Below, in pieces: positions 63,683 to 64,000 of a stretch of DNA of 64,000 nucleotides; within the stretch, counting starts at the first letter, position 1, and the number at the start of each line of letters is the position of its first letter. The notes under the pieces are model-generated. The model saw nothing but the letters and a program-made list of their open reading frames with translations. It had not been told where the DNA came from and made no database searches. This DNA is from Epiperipatus broadwayi (taxonomy: Eukaryota; Animalia; Onychophora), in the NCBI GenBank assembly GCA_028023455.1, contig JAQFVV010000005.1, positions 7,006,001 through 7,070,000 of the forward strand, written 5' to 3'. The translations under genes were made by a program, and so were the position numbers.

Positions 63683-64000
63683 GATTATTTATATTTTCAA
63701 CATATATGTGTTCAAGTGTATCAGTGCTATGAAATGGTGTGGAGAGTGGTGGGTCGAGTGAAAGTCTGTGCTCATATATCCTACATATTACATATATAAA
63801 CACAGGTATATAATAAGCCTGTGTATTTCAGTTATTTCAAAATATATATATTAAAAAATTTAATTGGTTTATAGCTCATAATTTTAATTTATTTGAATGT
63901 TTCTGAAAATCAGATAATAATACTGTTTTTCCAATAATTTTTATCTTTCTAGTTAGGATTTCTGTGCTGGATCTATTAAGAGTATTACAATCATAAAGTT

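Larger units (their letters stand above)
63276..63834. mobile_element. 559-bp ORF-less fold-back insertion with a hammerhead in each arm, probably PLE-derived
   Basis: Inverted arms at ~63276-63441 and 63625-~63790, a 183-bp spacer and a ~36-bp tail. Exact 18-bp direct repeat TTTCAAAATATATATATT at 63258-63275 and 63835-63852. Confidence 0.8.

Noticed and set aside
1-64000. CRISPR arrays, rRNA genes, prokaryotic operons
   Set aside because: No regularly spaced repeat-spacer array or rRNA-like sequence was seen. The content is eukaryotic.

Overview
Very AT-rich metazoan (probably arthropod) genomic DNA, almost entirely made of transposon debris. There is one apparently intact host-type ORF: a 546-aa C2H2 zinc-finger array at 15711-17351. 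It is preceded by about 1 kb of decayed fingers, and a decayed paralogue of its 3' end lies about 6.9 kb upstream. Mobile elements supported by sequence: several Penelope-like retroelement (PLE) pieces, including a 2.4-kb RT+GIY-YIG copy with ~840-bp inverted arms; three copies of a ~110-bp tRNA-derived SINE; a hAT (Charlie/GTF2IRD2-type) transposase fossil; three RTE-clade LINE fossils; two ancient head-to-head Ty3/Gypsy fossils; and a 6.7-kb pol-less LTR element (4-bp TSD) carrying only a coiled-coil ORF. The most striking non-coding signal is a set of minimal type-I hammerhead ribozyme (HHR) motifs at five loci. Two of these loci are small ORF-less fold-back insertions (44016-44268 and 63276-63834) with an HHR motif in both inverted arms, each bounded by an exact 15-18-bp target-site duplication. 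All alignments, translations and RNA folds were done by eye, so fossil boundaries are approximate.
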